Positions 63,455 to 64,000 of a DNA stretch of 64,000 bases are shown here, piece after piece. The position numbers and the translations under genes are program-made. Positions within the stretch are counted from its first letter, which is position 1. Each line of letters begins with the position of its first letter. The notes beneath the pieces were generated by a model. That model did no database searches. It had not been told where the DNA came from and was given only the letters and a program-made list of their open reading frames with translations. The DNA lies in NCBI GenBank assembly GCA_017499595.2, contig CM039010.1:806001-870000 (forward strand). The letters run 5' to 3'. This stretch comes from Psilocybe cubensis (Eukaryota).

Positions 63455-64000
63455 GCACCTGCCATCCTTGCGCCATGTCTATAGACTAAGTGCGCAAGAA
63501 CAATCTAGTCGTTCACGCATAGCGTGTCTGCTGATGAGTCCCACATTTATACACTTAAGAAGACCTTTAGGTCAAGATAGTGGTCGTGCAGGTAGATCGT
63601 ATGAGCCAGAAAGAAATTTGAAGGTCGACATTGTCAGACGCAGTGGAACTGCGCATACACTGAGCTCTGTTGAGATGCTACGGGTATCTATCGCAGCTGC
63701 CTCGGTTGTAACTGTGGTCATGCAATAATCGAAGAGTACCTACGCTCACAAAACGCACCACTATTACAATGCTTCTTCGATAATAGGAGTCACGTTGGTG
63801 GACTCGAGTCTTGAGGGAACAGAACATGGTGTACGGCAGCACTGAGGAGCGTCATGAAAGACGTCAGACTCCCACAATACAAGTTATTAGAACAACCAGA
63901 AGAGTCTGCCTAATAGTTCGGCATACTAATCTGCTACTGCCTTTTTGCATGGACAAATGAAGATAATTTTCAAGTTGGTATAACTTCGAGTTTGATTTTT
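63455..64000 (+). repeat. Dispersed direct repeat, copy 2 (runs off the window end)
   Basis: Matches 59385-59917. Confidence 0.9.

Overview
AT-moderate, intron-rich fungal DNA (GT..AG introns of about 50-70 nt with CTRAY branch sites and gene families typical of Agaricomycetes; the taxon is an inference). Recognisable genes: a partial FunK1 kinase, a DUF6533 membrane protein, a FAD2-type delta-12 desaturase, a CAMK-like kinase, Rds2/AcuM and a second Zn2Cys6 factor, two paralogous PI-phospholipase C genes, a D-Ala-D-Ala-ligase-like ATP-grasp enzyme, LCB1, tRNA-Thr(UGU), a GH92 mannosidase, a metallophosphoesterase and an atypically spaced hydrophobin. Mobile DNA: an intact Ty1/copia element with apparently identical LTRs, a hAT deletion derivative, and a MITE nested in another MITE's TIR. 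The most striking feature is a heavily spliced minus-strand locus (about 29.7-34.7 kb). It contains an exon made almost entirely of back-to-back hairpins, followed by four tandem ~0.7-kb copies of a ~330-nt branched RNA structure. That structure has GNRA loops, G-U pairs and compensatory changes between copies, and it ends at a branch-point/AG. I cannot assign it to any RNA family I know. Gene boundaries were read by eye and are approximate where stated.
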